NCBI GenBank assembly: GCA_951406725.2
Contig: OX597819.1
Span: 30,070,001 to 30,134,000, forward strand
DNA from: Octopus vulgaris
Taxonomy: Eukaryota
Direction of reading: 5' to 3'
Length of the DNA stretch: 64,000 nt
Of the stretch, positions 1 through 14,781 are shown one piece after another. Within the stretch, counting starts at the first letter, position 1; every line of letters starts with the position of its first letter. The notes below the pieces were generated by a model. That model ran no database searches. It had not been told where the DNA came from and was given only the letters and a program-made list of their open reading frames with translations. Position numbers and translations under genes: made by a program.

Positions 1-96
1 AAATGCGCACACACGCGCACGTGCTCTTGCAAACACACATATATTGTGTATGTGTGTATTTACTCAAATCTAGCTATCTATCTATCAGTGTGTGGG

Positions 97-203
<107 letters not shown>

Positions 204-436
204 GCATGTATGTATGTATGTATGTATATATATATATATGCTTTTCCAGCGCTTACAAATAAAACGGAAAAAATAAACAGTTGCTAGGGTAGCAAAAATT
301 CACACAAGTAATAAGGAAGTAGCAGCCTATTTATAATGGTAGAAACTCCAAGTTTAGGTGAAATGTTTTGTATAATATAGATAAATAAATAAATAAATAA
401 ATGGAGTTAAACGCATGTGTTATTCAAATTCTGTTA

Positions 437-514
437 CTTCCGACATATGTTTCGAAGACAACATTGGTATTATTCCAGAAGGAATAAAATGGTGTGAAAC
501 ATTCATCAGGGAAA
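437..514 (-). ncRNA. Hammerhead ribozyme (type I) remnant in Penelope-like pLTR fragment, family H1
   Basis: Minus strand tttcc-CTGATGA-...tttattcc/ggaataa hairpin...tcttc-GAAA-CATATG-TC-ggaag. Stem I pairs and stem III is the palindrome ACATATGT, but the 5' strand of stem II is degraded. Host repeat 241-560 is homologous to 16260-16585. Confidence 0.6.
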
Positions 515-672
515 GAAAGAAACCGAACACATCAATAAGACATTTTAACAGAATGTGATGACTGCGTATATGATTCATTCGACTAAAAATTCTTCAGTGG
601 GGTGCTCCAACATTCCCGCAGTCTAATGACTGAAACAAGTAAAAGATAAAAGATATATTATGCATAGAACAA

Positions 673-780
<108 letters not shown>

Positions 781-971
781 ATTTGAATCCAACTTAGAAA
801 TAAAGTAAACAAAGTTTGCTTTAGAAGCGTAGCGATGTATTGAAAGATTCAGAAATAATTTATTCTCAAACGCGTCATAATGCTACTAGAATAGCATGAA
901 TAGGATAAATTAATGTTTCTGTATAGTCTTATTGATATATTTGTGTGATAATGTGAATTTGTAGGTATGTA

Positions 972-1538
972 TTGGGTTGTCGGGAAACTTCGTGCCGATT
1001 TATAGTAGCTTACCATTCGACTTATTTTAGAACATGGTTGAGTCCATAAAATAGGATTTGACTACACCTCTATTTAGAGCGCACATTTTAAGCTATCTTT
1101 TCATGGAAGAAGGTTTATGTTCCTATAACATGTGTTAATTCTGTAACCCTTTAAAATGGAAGATAAGAAAGTTCATTTTCGGCACTTGATACTTTGGGAG
1201 CCAGACAAAAATTGCTGCAGCTCGGCTGGGATGTGTTACCCTACCCTCCATATTCACCAGATATTGCTCCTTCGGATTTCCACTTTTTCAGGTCTCTACA
1301 GAATAGTCTTAATGGTAAAAATTTCAATTCCTTGGATGACGTAAAAAATACCTTGATGAATTCTTTGCCATGAAACCACCATAGTTCTGGGAAGAGGGTA
1401 TTTTCAAGTTAAAGGAAAGATGGAGACGCATTGTGCAACAAAATGGTTCATATTTGGTTGATTAAAAATGTAATGACAAGTATTTATTGATCTTTTTCTT
1501 CCCTTTAAAAATCGGCACGAACTTTCCGGACAACCCAA
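972..1538 (+). mobile_element. Internally deleted mariner element
   Basis: TIRs ttgggttgtcgggaaacttcgtgccgattt / aaatcggcacgaactttccggacaacccaa, flanked by TA. N-terminus MEDKKVHFRHLIL (1156) is fused to a C-terminus LGWDVLPYPPYSPDIAPSDFHFFRSLQNSL...ERWRRIVQQNGSY (YSPDLAPxD-type motif). Confidence 0.9.
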
Positions 1539-2319
1539 TATATTAGTACATATATGACTATGTTTATTTGTATATATCCGGGTATATTAAGTGTGTATGT
1601 GTGTCTGCGCACGCATGTCTGTGTGTGTGTATGCGTCTGTGCGTGAATGTATCAATCTATAGTTTTATACATCTGTTTATACATATGTATAGATGTATGT
1701 ATATATGTATATGTGCATGCTTTCCTGTTTTTATATATAGTGAACATCCTAAATTCATTTACCATGGTAGTAAATGATATTAACAAGCCCTTTAGGTATG
1801 TATTCAATGAAATAGAATTAATATTAATCCCAAGAATAGCCAGCCTACACAAATCTGTTAATTTAATTTTTTTTAAATTTGTATACAGATACAGGAGCGT
1901 TTGTATGTGTCTCTACCAGATGGATGTATAACTGTGAATTTCTCTTTATGAGCGCTACGTATCTCAAGATAATCGCGTGTATGTACGAGCATTTCTGTGT
2001 GTTCGTGTCTTTCGTAGGTACACAAGCACTAACAAGTACCCTAAATATAAACTAAAAGGGAAAATACAACTTTTCAAAGTTTTCTATGGCTAAGAACAAA
2101 GTAGTTACACTAATTCACATTCCTCATTATATTTCAAAATACGAATTAATTGCAATCCCACTTACCAACACACATTTAGTGCCTACCTATTTTTATAAAT
2201 ACTACAGGTTCCTACATTTTCATTCACAGACGCAATTAACTAAGGTCGAACTCGATCAGGCTATCACTTTTTATATACTTTATATAAAGCACACACACAC
2301 ACACACATACATATATATA

Positions 2320-2374
<55 letters not shown>

Positions 2375-2433
2375 TTTACGAATATATATATACGAATATA
2401 TATATAAGTGTATATATATATATAATAAATATT

Positions 2434-2569
2434 AGGGAATAAATCCAAACTTACAGGGAAAAATCAGATTGGATCCAATTTTATAGTAAAATAATATAAA
2501 TTAATCATATGTATTGGCTTAAGTTTTTCATTGTTTGATTTGCCTAATAGTGGTTTTGTCTCTAATTTA

Positions 2570-2578
<9 letters not shown>
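2434..2578 (-). mobile_element. Penelope-like 3' end fragment with internal inversion, in (TA)n
   Basis: 2434-2490 matches 21011-21070 in the same orientation; 2509-2578 matches 21075-21152 inverted. Confidence 0.6.
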
Positions 2579-2616
<38 letters not shown>

Positions 2617-2818
2617 GTCGTGTGTACCGTTGGCGATTTTTTCCCTCTGTCTTCCCTTCTCTGGATCTTTCCTTCTCCTATGTTTCCGACGAAGAGCTCC
2701 GCTCGAGACGTTAAACCCTCCTTCTTTCCGTCTTTCCTGAGCGTCCAATAATACTATATTTGTTCCACGCCCTCGCGTTGTTGTGTTTTTTTTTGTGCTT
2801 TCTTGTTTGGATTAACTT

Positions 2819-2820
<2 letters not shown>
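2617..2820 (+). mobile_element. Short (TA)n-embedded repeat carrying a minimal hammerhead motif (family H2), mutated core at 2682-2716
   Basis: gttt-CCGACGA-a-gagc-tcc-gctc-GAGA-CG-TT-aaac. Homologous copies at 30990-31150 (-) and 34465-34672 (+). Confidence 0.6.
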
Positions 2821-2851
<31 letters not shown>

Positions 2852-2853
2852 CC

Positions 2854-2884
<31 letters not shown>

Positions 2885-3079
2885 TTACACACACACACAC
2901 ACATATATATATATGCAAGCGCACACGTAAAATAGTGTATTTGCAGATATATTGTCTATAAGGGGGCAGTTCTCTCAAGACAATTTTTGCAGTCTGCTAT
3001 ACACACGAACATGTTAAACACGATTGTACATAACTATATTCAGTTCAACGCAGCTAAGCTCATTTCTAAGGCATGTGTG

Positions 3080-3112
<33 letters not shown>

Positions 3113-3838
3113 TTACTTACTTGTGTATTTGTATGTATGTAAGTATGTATATATACATATCGCATCTTTGGTAGGAAGAGTAGAAAGTTTATAAGAGTAG
3201 TTGATTATATTTTGCGTATCATGTCTCTTAGCTTCGTCAAGTTGCTTCATTGAATAAATCAGTTGTTAAATTTACTACAGAAGCCGCTTTACTTCTGCTG
3301 TTCTAAACTGTAGTCAAATCAAACGTATCAATAAATGTTCCCATTTATTTTCTATTGTCATCCTGGCTTTAACTTATTTTTTATCATCACTTGATCTGAA
3401 CATACGTCTTTAACTTGCAATTATCCGTGTTTTTGATACTAGCTAATTAGAAAACTTTGGTAACTGATCTCAGATGCACAGTAGAGCAGGTATTAAACAG
3501 CTGCTAACTTTGTTTCTGTAATCGTTTGTGTCCATTCTGCTTCATTTTCTTCTCTTTTTATCATCTCTATAAAAATAAATAAATAAATAAATAAATAAGA
3601 AGAAAAATTACATGATTATCGTATCTTATTCCTTTCCGCTCAAACTATTGAGCTGTCGTATTTATGGCAGAAAAAAATCTATTACTTCACTTAACTTATG
3701 CTGTTAATACTCCTTGGGAAAGCATGAATGCGATGATACCACCATCACCCTACCCAAGTAAATCAGGCAGCAGAACAAGAACTGACATATCTATCTATCT
3801 TTCTCTGTGTATATCTATCTATCTTTACACACATACAT

Positions 3839-3906
<68 letters not shown>

Positions 3907-4694
3907 ATGTATATATATACATGTATATAATACACACACACACAGACACACACACATAGACGGACGGTATAGGTGCAGTATGGTTTCGATTCCTATATCA
4001 AGTCATTAACTTCGCTTCAGCCTTTATAATCTTGGCTAAAGCATGAAAGTTACAACATCCCTAGCTTCTTTTCAAACGGTTTTGTTTGGGTTTTTTTTTT
4101 TTCTAAACTTCAGAATTTTGTAATATTTTTCTTCAAAAGATTTGAAACTGACATAAGAAATTTTGAGATGGGAGAATGTTTTTAACAGAAGAAAAGTTTG
4201 TTAATCCATTAATATTTTTCAGGCGTAGCAACATACCAATTAATATCATGCTTGGCTACTTAAAAGGAATAAATATTACAGAAAAGAAATAGGAAAATCC
4301 ATATTTAGAATCAGTTAGGAATCGATCTTTAACAGCAGACAGTGAAGGGTGAGGGAGAACCAACATTGAAGCAAAAATGCAAGAATTTTATGATGTATGT
4401 TGGAGATAGAGAGGGGTGAGAAAGAGAGAGGGTGAGGGAGAGAGAGAGAAAGAGAGACCATGTGTTTTTGTTGATTGTTACCATCGCATGCGCCCATGTT
4501 ATGTGCGTTGCAGGTGATCGCTATGTTAGTCTTTGTGTTGCACTAAACGGGAATGCCGTGTTAACGTTCAGAGTCGATTAGATCTCCATACAAATTTGTA
4601 TCTAGGTAGAAAACAAACCGGAAGACGAATGGAAGAAAGTAAAGAACGAAGACAAAATTAAGAGAAGAAATACAGAATGAAGAAAAACATAAAG

Positions 4695-5086
<392 letters not shown>

Positions 5087-5485
5087 AAGATAGGAAACAA
5101 ACCACGAAACAAATAGTCAATGTATTGGAAACATCCGAATAGGTGATGAAGAAATCGGAAAGTAAAGGAGATAGAAAAAGAAATAGGGAAGAGTTTACAT
5201 CAAGTTGAGCAATATCCTGCCTATGTGTTGAAAATACGCTGTTACACTGGCTTAATCGATTTTAACAGTTGAGTTGTTTTGTTTGCTTTGCTGGGGTTTT
5301 TTCTAGTTTTTTTTGTTTGTTTTTTTTTTTGTTCTTGGTGTTAGAAAAGACTTCCATGGAATGGAGATAGATAAAACTTTGAAGCGTGACAATTTCTAGA
5401 CAGTTTGTGCTGTTGTATATAATGTAGTGAAATACAGAGTTGTGGTAATGTAGAAGTTTAGTGTAGTACTGTGCAGTACAATATA

Positions 5486-5708
5486 TATTTCTTTACTACC
5501 CACAAGGGGCTAAACATAGAGGGGACAAACAAGGACAGACAAACGGATTATTCGATTATATCGGCCCCAGTGCGTAAATGGTACTTATTTAATCGACCCC
5601 GAAAGGATGAAAGGCAAAGTCGACCTCGGCGGAATTTGAACTCAGAACGGCAGGCGAAATACGGCTACGCATCTTCACCCGGCGCGCTAACGTTTCTGCC
5701 AGCTCGCC
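5486..5708 (-). mobile_element. tRNA-derived SINE family B with 16-bp TSD
   Basis: Head GGCGAGCTGGCAGAAACGTTAGC, central GCCTTTCATCCTTTCGGGGTCG. TSD tgtgcagtacaatata at 5470-5485 and 5709-5724. Confidence 0.9.
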
Positions 5709-6302
5709 TGTGCAGTACAATATAGTTGTACGAAGTGTGGTGCTTAGGAAAATATTTCCAGAATTTCCATGTATCAAAATTGATACTATTTTATGTCTCA
5801 GCACTACAATTAATTCTAATATTTACTATTTCAATGATAGCAGTTTGTTTGTTTGTTTGTTTTTTTCCTTTCGTGAAGTTTATTGCTTCCACCAAGCATT
5901 GCATATACGGAGAAACATTGCTAAGCTTATCCTGCCATCGGCTTCGTTGATCTCAAGAGACTTTTCCTTTATCAAATAATGGATACTTTGTATATCTTAC
6001 GTAGCTTTGTTTAGTTATTTTTTGTCTCCTCATCTTTTTGTTTTCGTTTTGCTTTGATTTGTTTTGTTTTTTGTTTATTTGTTTATGCTTTTCTTGTCAC
6101 TCATAGTCTACCTAAATCTAATCTAACCAATGTGTTATTCCCTTTATAAGACGGTAAGGTTTGATTTAAGAGACGTTTGCCTGTTATTTATAGCATATCG
6201 AGCCAGAGATTCATTTGCTGACAAGTAATCGAAAGGGGTATCGTTGTTGCTTTTGTTGTAGTAGCAATTTGATATTGTCTCCTTTTAATCAGTTTTTTTC
6301 TT

Positions 6303-6336
<34 letters not shown>

Positions 6337-6503
6337 TGTGTGCTGACTAAATGTGATACCAGTGACTACTCTAAGCATGATTGTGAGATGTTTTGCTTTC
6401 TTTACTGTTTTCTACAAATCCTGTAAATGTTGAGAAGGTACTATAATTCCGGATGTTTTGCCATCGTTCTCCTTTTTCCTGCCTCTCTCTCTCTCTCCCT
6501 TTC

Positions 6504-6557
<54 letters not shown>

Positions 6558-6869
6558 ACGTTTACGTTGCTGAGCGTGATGGCTAGTTGTTACTGATGTT
6601 CTCAGAAGATTCTAGTAAAAAGGAAACTGGTGGATTGGATTTAGCAGTTGTTTTAAAGCCTGATTATTATGTGGTTAGAGCAAGGTTAGAGAGAAATTGT
6701 AGCTGTCTGGAAAGTTGTGAGAAAAGGTGACTATTATGTTGTCTCTTTATGAAGTTCTGTATATTTTGAAAACCTCTTTACTCGCCAAGAAAGAGTAGAA
6801 TATGGGGTATTTTGTGTATAAATGTGTAACGTGGTATGGAATCGAATGTCTAATTGTTGTTGGTACTGT

Positions 6870-7015
6870 TTTATTATTGCTGTAGTTGCTGTTGCTATTG
6901 TTGTTGCTGTTGTTGTTGTTGTTGTTGTTATTGTTGTTGTTGTTGTTGTTGTTGTTGTTCTTCTTCTTCTTCTTCTTCTTCTTCTTCTTCTTCTTCCTCT
7001 CTTCCACTACTACTA
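6870..7015. repeat. (TTG)n(TTC)n compound triplet repeat
   Basis: Direct reading. Confidence 0.9.
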
Positions 7016-7416
7016 TTTCTTGGTTATCCAAAAGTCATCTCTGACCCCAACCGTGCAAACTTATAACTAAAGCGTTCTATCAGTGACCATCCCTTCCTTT
7101 CCCAAGCAGAGTGCATACAGAAACACACTATCCATTGTTTTTCACTTTCAAAGGGTATATTATGAGAAACCTTTGACAGCTATTTCTAGCACGTCTAGCG
7201 ATAATATCGAAGCTATGTCGTTGCTAATCTTATTAATGTTAAAGCTAATGTGAACAAAGGATAGAGGGACGGGATTGGATTGGAGCCATCCTGTGTGTTT
7301 TGTGTAAGTGTTGCCAGTAGAATGCAAATTGACAAGCGTGATCCACAGATTTATTTTTCAAGCTATATCGCGCCATCTCGTAGCTGAGAAAAATATGCAC
7401 ACCTCAACAAACACAG

Positions 7417-7495
7417 ATGAACCATATGTGGTACAGTATGACAATTTGGATGTGTTACACTCTCTCCACTCTCCAGTATGTTTCTGCAGATTACG
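7417..7495 (+). CDS. Possible signal-peptide exon (MNHMWYSMTIWMCYTLSTLQYVSADY), phase 1
   Basis: ATG 7417, uncharged stretch ending VSA|D, donor G|gtaggg in phase 1 compatible with the exon at 40435. Donor is weak and the link is unproven. Confidence 0.2.
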
Positions 7496-7725
7496 GTAGG
7501 GATGTACGCTCGTAGAGGAACTCGGTCAGAGAGCACCGTAGTAGCTGTTCCTTTGTGGTGATTATTTCCATCCCAAAAAATAGCGTGAAGCACTAATCAG
7601 GTTATTGATATTTCAGCTATATCTATGTGCATGTGATTTTTTTTTATGTTTGTCTAGGCTAAGTGTGAGAGATGTTTTTAGGATGCTCTTCTAGAACTGT
7701 TCTGGGATAATGCTAACATTTACAG

Positions 7726-7880
7726 AGGCACGTGGCTTAGGGATTAAGGTGTTGCACTCATTATCATAAGATTGAGGTTTCGATTCCTGGACCAGATGAC
7801 GCGTTATGGTCTTGTGCAAAACATTTCATTTTACGTTGTTCCAGCCAGCCCAATTGACAAAAATGAGTATTCCTCCAACA
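7726..7880 (+). mobile_element. SINE family D head fragment
   Basis: gaggcacgtggcttag...gtttcgattcctgg...aaaatgagta; homologous to 18731-18870. Confidence 0.7.
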
Positions 7881-10459
7881 GACCGACGCACTGAGCATAT
7901 GGTTCGGGAAAAATTTTTTTTTTTTTTTTGTATTAGTGTTTTATTTAGAGTGATATATTTCATGCAGTGATAAGGACTGTGAGAGTAGAAGTTTAATGTA
8001 AGCACGAATTGTGTCCCACGCATGTCTAAGAGTTTTCTAAATTTTAGTATTTATGTTTCATTATCCAGTCAGTCTATTGATGTGGTTTGTGTACAACATG
8101 TATTGACAAATGTTGGAGCAGATAGTGGGTCTTAATTTACTAAAACTTGATCGACATTGTCTACACTTTTCTAATCTTGGTTTTGTTATTATTTTGGCGC
8201 TAAATTTTAGCAGAAAATGTTTTTGATGGAATCTGTTACTAACGTTGATGCAAACTGTTTGCTCTACAACCTCCTTTTGTTAACTTGTAACCGAATATAA
8301 CCACTATCTGAATATAGATATTGAGTTTTGTACCTGAAAATGTTTTAGAATTGTTGGGACAACCATGATCAAATTGTATTGAGATGTTATGAGTATACTT
8401 GTAGCCAGCCAGCTCTGTGTAATTTTGGTAGTTAATTTGTAGTTAAGCAAATTGTAGCAAATAAGTTTCACAGTGTATTGGAAGACTCAACTGTTTTTGT
8501 AACAGCATAACAAACTGTTTAACATCTCTTATCGATCGAAAATATCACGAAATAACCGAAAATGAAATAATATATTTATGTATAACGCAAAAATATGCAT
8601 TAGCAAAACATTCTGCAAAGTATTATGGTTTAATAAACAGAAAATATTACCATAATACCAAGAAATTGCAATTTTATTCAGTTTTATTTCGTACAAAAGG
8701 CTTATTCACGAGACAAATGCACTATAAATTTGTAAAATTGGCTGACCAGTTAATGAACAAAACCTGCGTCATTTTCCTTTGGAAAAAAAATAATAATCTG
8801 CAGAAATCTAATCCAATCATTTGTACGTTTCTTCTTCCTCGTTTTTCAGTTTTCCATCTGAATAAACTTAGTACATTCCGTGTTCATCAGAAGTAATGTA
8901 AACACAAGTAACTTCCACAACGATCTATATTTCCGTAATTTCTTGCAAAAGTCATAAGAATATCATACTACCTAACTGGTTAAGTTTTATTTTTATCATT
9001 TATCAATCTCTTTATTTTATTTTATTTGACTTTTTGTGGTCTTTGTGAATTCTCATAATTTCTGTTCGACATTAACGTCCTTTTGTACTAAACTAAATAA
9101 ATAAAAGTATATGAAGAACAAAGTCTGTATCTAGTTCCATTTTCATCTAATTGCCAATTTGTCACAAAATAGATGAAATGTTTTTTATATACATTTCGCT
9201 ACAAATCCTATAACAGTTACAGAATTCTTGTCTAAAGAAAAAGAAAACACGAAAATAAGCTAAATTTTGTTTCACAATTTCGAATTTACTTTCTTCTTTT
9301 CATTTACTCGTTTATTTATGTTTCTATTCCACATAGCTATCTTTCATTCCATCTTTCTATGAGTTTGGTTTCTTATACTTGTTATTTCCATTCTTTTCAT
9401 TTTATTTTTCATCTTTATTAGTTGTGTTTTTATTTTCAAAATCCTACCACGAAATTTCTAAACAGCTGCATTTTCTCCGCTGTCTGCAGATCTGTGAAAC
9501 ATACCTAATGTCATCAATCATTGATAAGAATATATTGATCTAAACTAGGTACCATGAAAAGAATCAATTTGATAAAAGCAACGTTCGTATATCTAAGCTA
9601 GTTGGAATTGCTTCTATTTATCAACCGGTTGGAATATTGGTGAATGAAAAAAAAAAAGGATCAATATATATGACTTAGAAGAAAAATCACCACGATTTCG
9701 GAAACGATGAAAATAAAATTTCGGTGGGAAGGAAAACATGAAAGAGGAAAATAAAAACTAAGCTAGGTGGAGTGGGATGAAATAATGAAATAATGAAATA
9801 GAGAAGGATAGCATCTCAACAGATTCCAATGTAGCTTGAAAAACTTTTTTAATAAATGGAGACTTGTGTAGAACATGATAAAGTGAAAGTAGAGACGGAG
9901 GAGTGATCGCTGAATGTCACTGATTTAAACAGTTGCAGAGTGTAAAGTGTCTATTACACACGCTTTAAGAAAATAAAGTTGCCATCTTATTTATTTGCAG
10001 ATACTTAGGCTGTCGCGAAATTTTGAATTATAAACTAAAGGCGAATTGGATGAAGCTGTAGAGCATAAATCTGATATGTATTAGTATCTTAGCTTTGTCC
10101 TTCTATTCTGAGTTCGAAATCCAAGGGAAATGAACTTGTCTTTCATCGCTCCTGAAGTGATTACAAGATATGCCTATAATATTCCAGAAGACAATTTCAT
10201 TAATGATATCTCCCAGCTATGTTCCTATGTTATACTTTTAAGCTATTTATTGTATACTCCTCTACTGTATCACTATACTGTATTCTTCCAATATATCCCT
10301 TTGTTGTATCCTTCTTCTTATTTCATTCTTCTCTATCCATCAGTTACATGCTTCAGCTGTATCAACGATATGAATCTGATGTATTCCTCTATTGTAACCG
10401 CCATAACCGTTATGCTCCTGCTCTGATTTAACACGCTCACCTACCTTTTGTGTAAGAAT

Positions 10460-10610
10460 CACTCGAATGTGAAGGTGATGCGGATCCTCTCTTTTGACCA
10501 TAAAGGCGTTATGCATCATGTTACTTGTTCTACGTAATCAGATTATCAATAATGAGTTATATTGAAGTGCTGAGGCTTTCCAAAGAAGCAATGCAAAGGA
10601 AGAGACTTAA
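10460..10610 (+). mobile_element. Degraded mariner transposase fragment
   Basis: SNVKVMRILSFDHKGVMHH...YIEVLRLSKEAMQRKR resembles mariner KVMLTVFFD.RGVVH...YLEVMRRLREAIRRKRP; frameshifted. Confidence 0.65.
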
Positions 10611-10892
10611 GGTAAAGACAAAAAGCAAATATAAAGGCTGTGCCAAAGCCACAAAAATACGTTGGTGTTGTGTAGATACTGGAGGTAACAATTTGGAAAT
10701 AAAGCAATAAATTTTAATTAAAAAGTTCGGTTTCTTTGAGACAGACGACGCAAATACATACACATCTACATATATACATGCATACATACACACACAAACA
10801 CACACACAAAACGCACATGCATATAGACACACTCATATAAGGTATTAGCTACGAATTTTCCTTTTGTTATGCTTTTGTTAAATCTTTAAAAT

Positions 10893-10929
<37 letters not shown>

Positions 10930-11049
10930 ACACTCTTGTTTGTGCATTCACCAAATCAACTAATTTGTTTTTAAATTATCTCAACATACTTTCTAGCATC
11001 TATGCACTCCTTCCTCAGCAATTCTTTGTGGATCCAACAATTCTACTGA

Positions 11050-11960
11050 GTTAGGTCATAGTACTAACGTTAATCACACAATACTTTTCCCAGCTGGAAA
11101 GAGTTCAACGTTATGTGATGATATAATCGAGTCGATGGATGCAATCAAGTCCTCAGTTATGAATGTTACTTGGCAAAAAATATGCCTTGCGAGAATCCTG
11201 ACTCTGCAGACTCTACATTAACAGAAAGGTTCCATAAATATTTACAAGTTTCCACAAAATGGGCAAATAATGTGCGAGTTTGAAGAAATTATAGATGATC
11301 TCGTTAAGGTTTTACAAAGAAAATTTATCTAATGAGAAACTGATGACGTTAGAATAAGAGCGAACTGCTGACAAAGAAGATATAGAAACTCAAACCACGC
11401 AAATTATAGGCGCAGAAGTGGCTGTGTGGTAAGTAGTTTGCTTGCCAACCACATGGTTCTGGGTTCAGTCCCACTGCGTGTGGCACCTTGGGCAAGTGTC
11501 TTCTACTATAGCCTCGGGCCGACCAAAGCCTTGTGAGTGGATTTTGTAGACGGAAACGGAAAGAAGCCCGTCGTATATATATATATGTATGTGTGTGTCT
11601 ATGTTTGTGTGCCTGTGTTTGTACCCCCAACATCACTTGACAACCGATGCTGGTGTGTTTACGTCCCCGTAACTTAGCGGTTCGGCTAAAGAGACCGATA
11701 GAATAAGTACTAGACTTACAAAGAATAAGTCCTGCGTTCGATTTGCTCGACTAAAGGCGGTGCTCCAGCATGGCCGCAGTCAAATGACTGAAACATATAA
11801 TAGAGAAAAAAATTCAACAGACTCTAAAGGATATGGTTAAAGGATTGGCATTTATAAAGGAAGAGCCGTTAGTTTTTGCTGATACCGAGCTGAAATCTGA
11901 ATGTAACACAAAAATTACAAGAGTTCTGGAGTTCGGTTATAACACTGAACTCTACACACA
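11050..11960 (+). mobile_element. Degraded pogo/Tigger-like transposase C-terminus, interrupted by a SINE
   Basis: WKEFNV...IIESMDAIKSSVMNVTWQKI...LSNEKLMTLE and TLKDMVKGLAFIKE...ECNTKITRV resemble a TIGD1-type C-terminus; many stops and frameshifts. Confidence 0.5.
11409..11795 (+). mobile_element. tRNA-derived SINE family A, full length
   Basis: Head GGCGCAGAAGTGGCTGTGTGG...GGTTCAGTCCC, central microsatellite, tail ...GCATGGCCGCAGTCAAATGACTGAAACA. Confidence 0.9.
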
Positions 11961-12720
11961 TGATGCGCCGTAAACGTCAAATAATTTGGGGTAACTCAAT
12001 TTCTGCACAGGCATTGTAATAGCGGTGGCTGCTGCTGAAGAGAAGAACAAGGGTAAGGAGGAGGGCAAGGAGAAGGGTATTGATGGTGGCACAGAAGCTA
12101 GCGACCATCTTCCTCCTAGTAATTCCCATTACTCAACTACATACCACACAGAAGCTAGCGTCATTTGTAGAGAGTAAATACCGTACGATGATATTGCATT
12201 CTCCTTTATTTCCTTAACTGTTTTTATTTCTCTTCAAATGTTTTTATTCATATATACTGTATTGTGTATGTATAAAAGTTTATAGTTCTCTGCATAAAAG
12301 TGGGCGTGTGTGTGCGTGTGTGTGTGTTTGTGTGCGCGCACGCGTGTACATATATACAATATACATACATTTAAATATGTCTATGTATATGAATACTAAT
12401 GTATATCAACATGTATATATATATATATAAGATGTATATATATATATAAAATATATATATACATATATATAAGATGTTTATATATATATGTAAATATATA
12501 TATACATATATATAAGATGTATATATATATATATATATATGTATTTATAAATGTATAGATGTGCATATATAAAGAAAGAGAGGGAGTGAGAGAGAGAAAG
12601 AGAGAAGTTGCAGAACGGGTATATGTACTTGTGTCTATATATGTGTGTGTGTGTGTGTGTGTGCGTGCGAGTGTGTGTGCGTGTATACATACACACACAG
12701 ATAGATAGATAGACAGATAT

Positions 12721-12786
<66 letters not shown>

Positions 12787-13214
12787 GGAATATATGTATG
12801 TGTTTATATACATATTTATAGTTATACGTATATGTGTGTACTAAGAGTGTATATGATATTATATTTGATTAATTATATCTGTAGTAGAATCTCTAGCTTA
12901 TCATCGAATAAAAAAAGTTTTCAACAACGCTGCCCACTTCTGTAACGAAAATCGAATCTACCGGATTTAAAGATAAGATCATATATATTCTTAAATCTAC
13001 ACAACCCACAAGTAAATATAGCCCCTCCCACTTCTTAATCCGCTACATCTTATTAAAGTATATATTATATTCATTGCCTTTAAGAATTTCTTCTTCCAAG
13101 GCATTAACTCTTTAAAATTTTGTCATTATACAAATTCCTTCTCATACCAACTATCTGCTTGTTTATAAGCCTTAAACTGTTTATTTCTTTCACAATATAG
13201 AAACATTTCTCATG

Positions 13215-13722
13215 GCACCAGCTGACAAAATGGAAAAGGCGTTGCCCCGAAGGATGGCGAGGAAGATGCGCTAGAACAGCCACTCTGACACATGGGGCTC
13301 GCACTTGCGGGCAGCAATCACTGCTCCGATGGAGGTGAGCAGGGTTATGGTCCGGCAGCCAAGAACACCGGAGGTCTCAACTGCCACAGGCTCGACCATA
13401 AACCTGTCGGAGAGCGACTGATACCTTGACAGTTTGCTTTTCTCTGCCTAGCGAACATCAGAGCATTTGCTGGAGGATGACAACACCAAGTTTCTGCTGG
13501 AGAAGGTGTCATAGCATGTGGAATCTCAGATGAGGGATCTTATGCCATGGGACGGGGAAATTGTAATACTATCCTTTTACCCTCCCATCGGTCAAGCCTC
13601 ACTGGCTCGAGCTGGGACGGGAAGCCTGCGGTGTCTAGGCCATGATTTATGATCTTGTTAAAAGCAGCATGACATGGAAGGCAGCCAGGTCTATGACGTC
13701 ATGACAGTAAGTGGAGGCCGTA
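13215..13722 (-). mobile_element. CRE-like non-LTR retrotransposon C-terminus (restriction-like endonuclease), pseudogenised
   Basis: GLHLLS*RH..CHAAFNKII..GFPSQLEP..DSITI..LI*DSTCYDTF..KLSRYQSL..PVAVETSGVLG..WLF*RIFLAILRGNAFSIL, typical of the CRE RLE domain. Confidence 0.8.
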
Positions 13723-14139
13723 CTTTTAATAAGTTCTGCAGCTTTATCAGTTTAACCAATACAACTGATGCAACACGACACGAGACTCCACAGCCATTCA
13801 ATTACAAATCATTATACCTGCCGGATATTGAAGCTGGACGCTTGTAACTCACCCTTTACTGATTATTCACATTGTAATACGAAACTTCATCTCACTAAAA
13901 GTACTTATATCAACATCTGAGATCACTATTCTCGTAAAAAATTGTTTCTAAATTCCCTTTTAAATATTTCACAATCCGAACCCCACTACCATTCTTTTGT
14001 TTAAGGAGTGGGCATTTTCTTCATTCTCTAGTATTTCTGCGAAATTACCATTCTGTTTTTAAAGATGTTTTTAAATTTCATTTTCTCACACTATCCCCTC
14101 GACAACCATCCCTACAAAATTTTTAAAAGATCTCTTCTG

Positions 14140-14325
14140 ACGAAAGAGCATTTTTCGCATAGCAAGGACTGCATCCAGATCACTGAAATTTTCTTCAGAA
14201 CCAGGAAATATTTCATTTAGCCAACACTAACTGACACTCTACAAAGCTCAACAAAGACCTACAATGGAGTATTTTGCTCATATTCTAGACCACATCCAGA
14301 AAAGGCCCACCCGAGTGACTAGAAT
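14140..14325 (+). mobile_element. CR1/Jockey-group LINE fragment
   Basis: LTLYKAQQRPTMEYFAHILDHIQKR resembles LLTLYKAQIRPxLEYCxxxW...LDxIQxRA. Confidence 0.5.
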
Positions 14326-14417
14326 TAAATTACAGACACGATTCAACTACTAACCCGTAGGCGAACTCTCTCTTTATCCCCCCCTCTCTCTCTATATATA
14401 TATATATATGTATATGT

Positions 14418-14781
14418 ATCGTATATAAAATCCGTTCTGTCTGTCTGTGTGTCTTCTAGGATCTCGGGCATCCTCCATCCGATTGCGCTCAAATTTGATA
14501 TGTAGATACTGACGGTATCAGGATGTATAAGTCGTGAAAAAATTACAAAAATCGATTCCAGTTGCGAATGTGATCGATAAAGCCGTAGGAAATCGTTTTT
14601 CTTTGGAATAGAAAAAAGTCTATTTTTATTTCTTCTTTTGCTGGTATCTCAAATTTAGGTTAAATCAGTGTTTCTCAAAGGGGAGGCCTACGGGACGGTC
14701 GGACAAGTTGTTTTTTTGAGAAAATTTGGTTTAAATGTTTGACAACTCAATACTGTCCATTGGACGGGGGGCATTTTGCTC

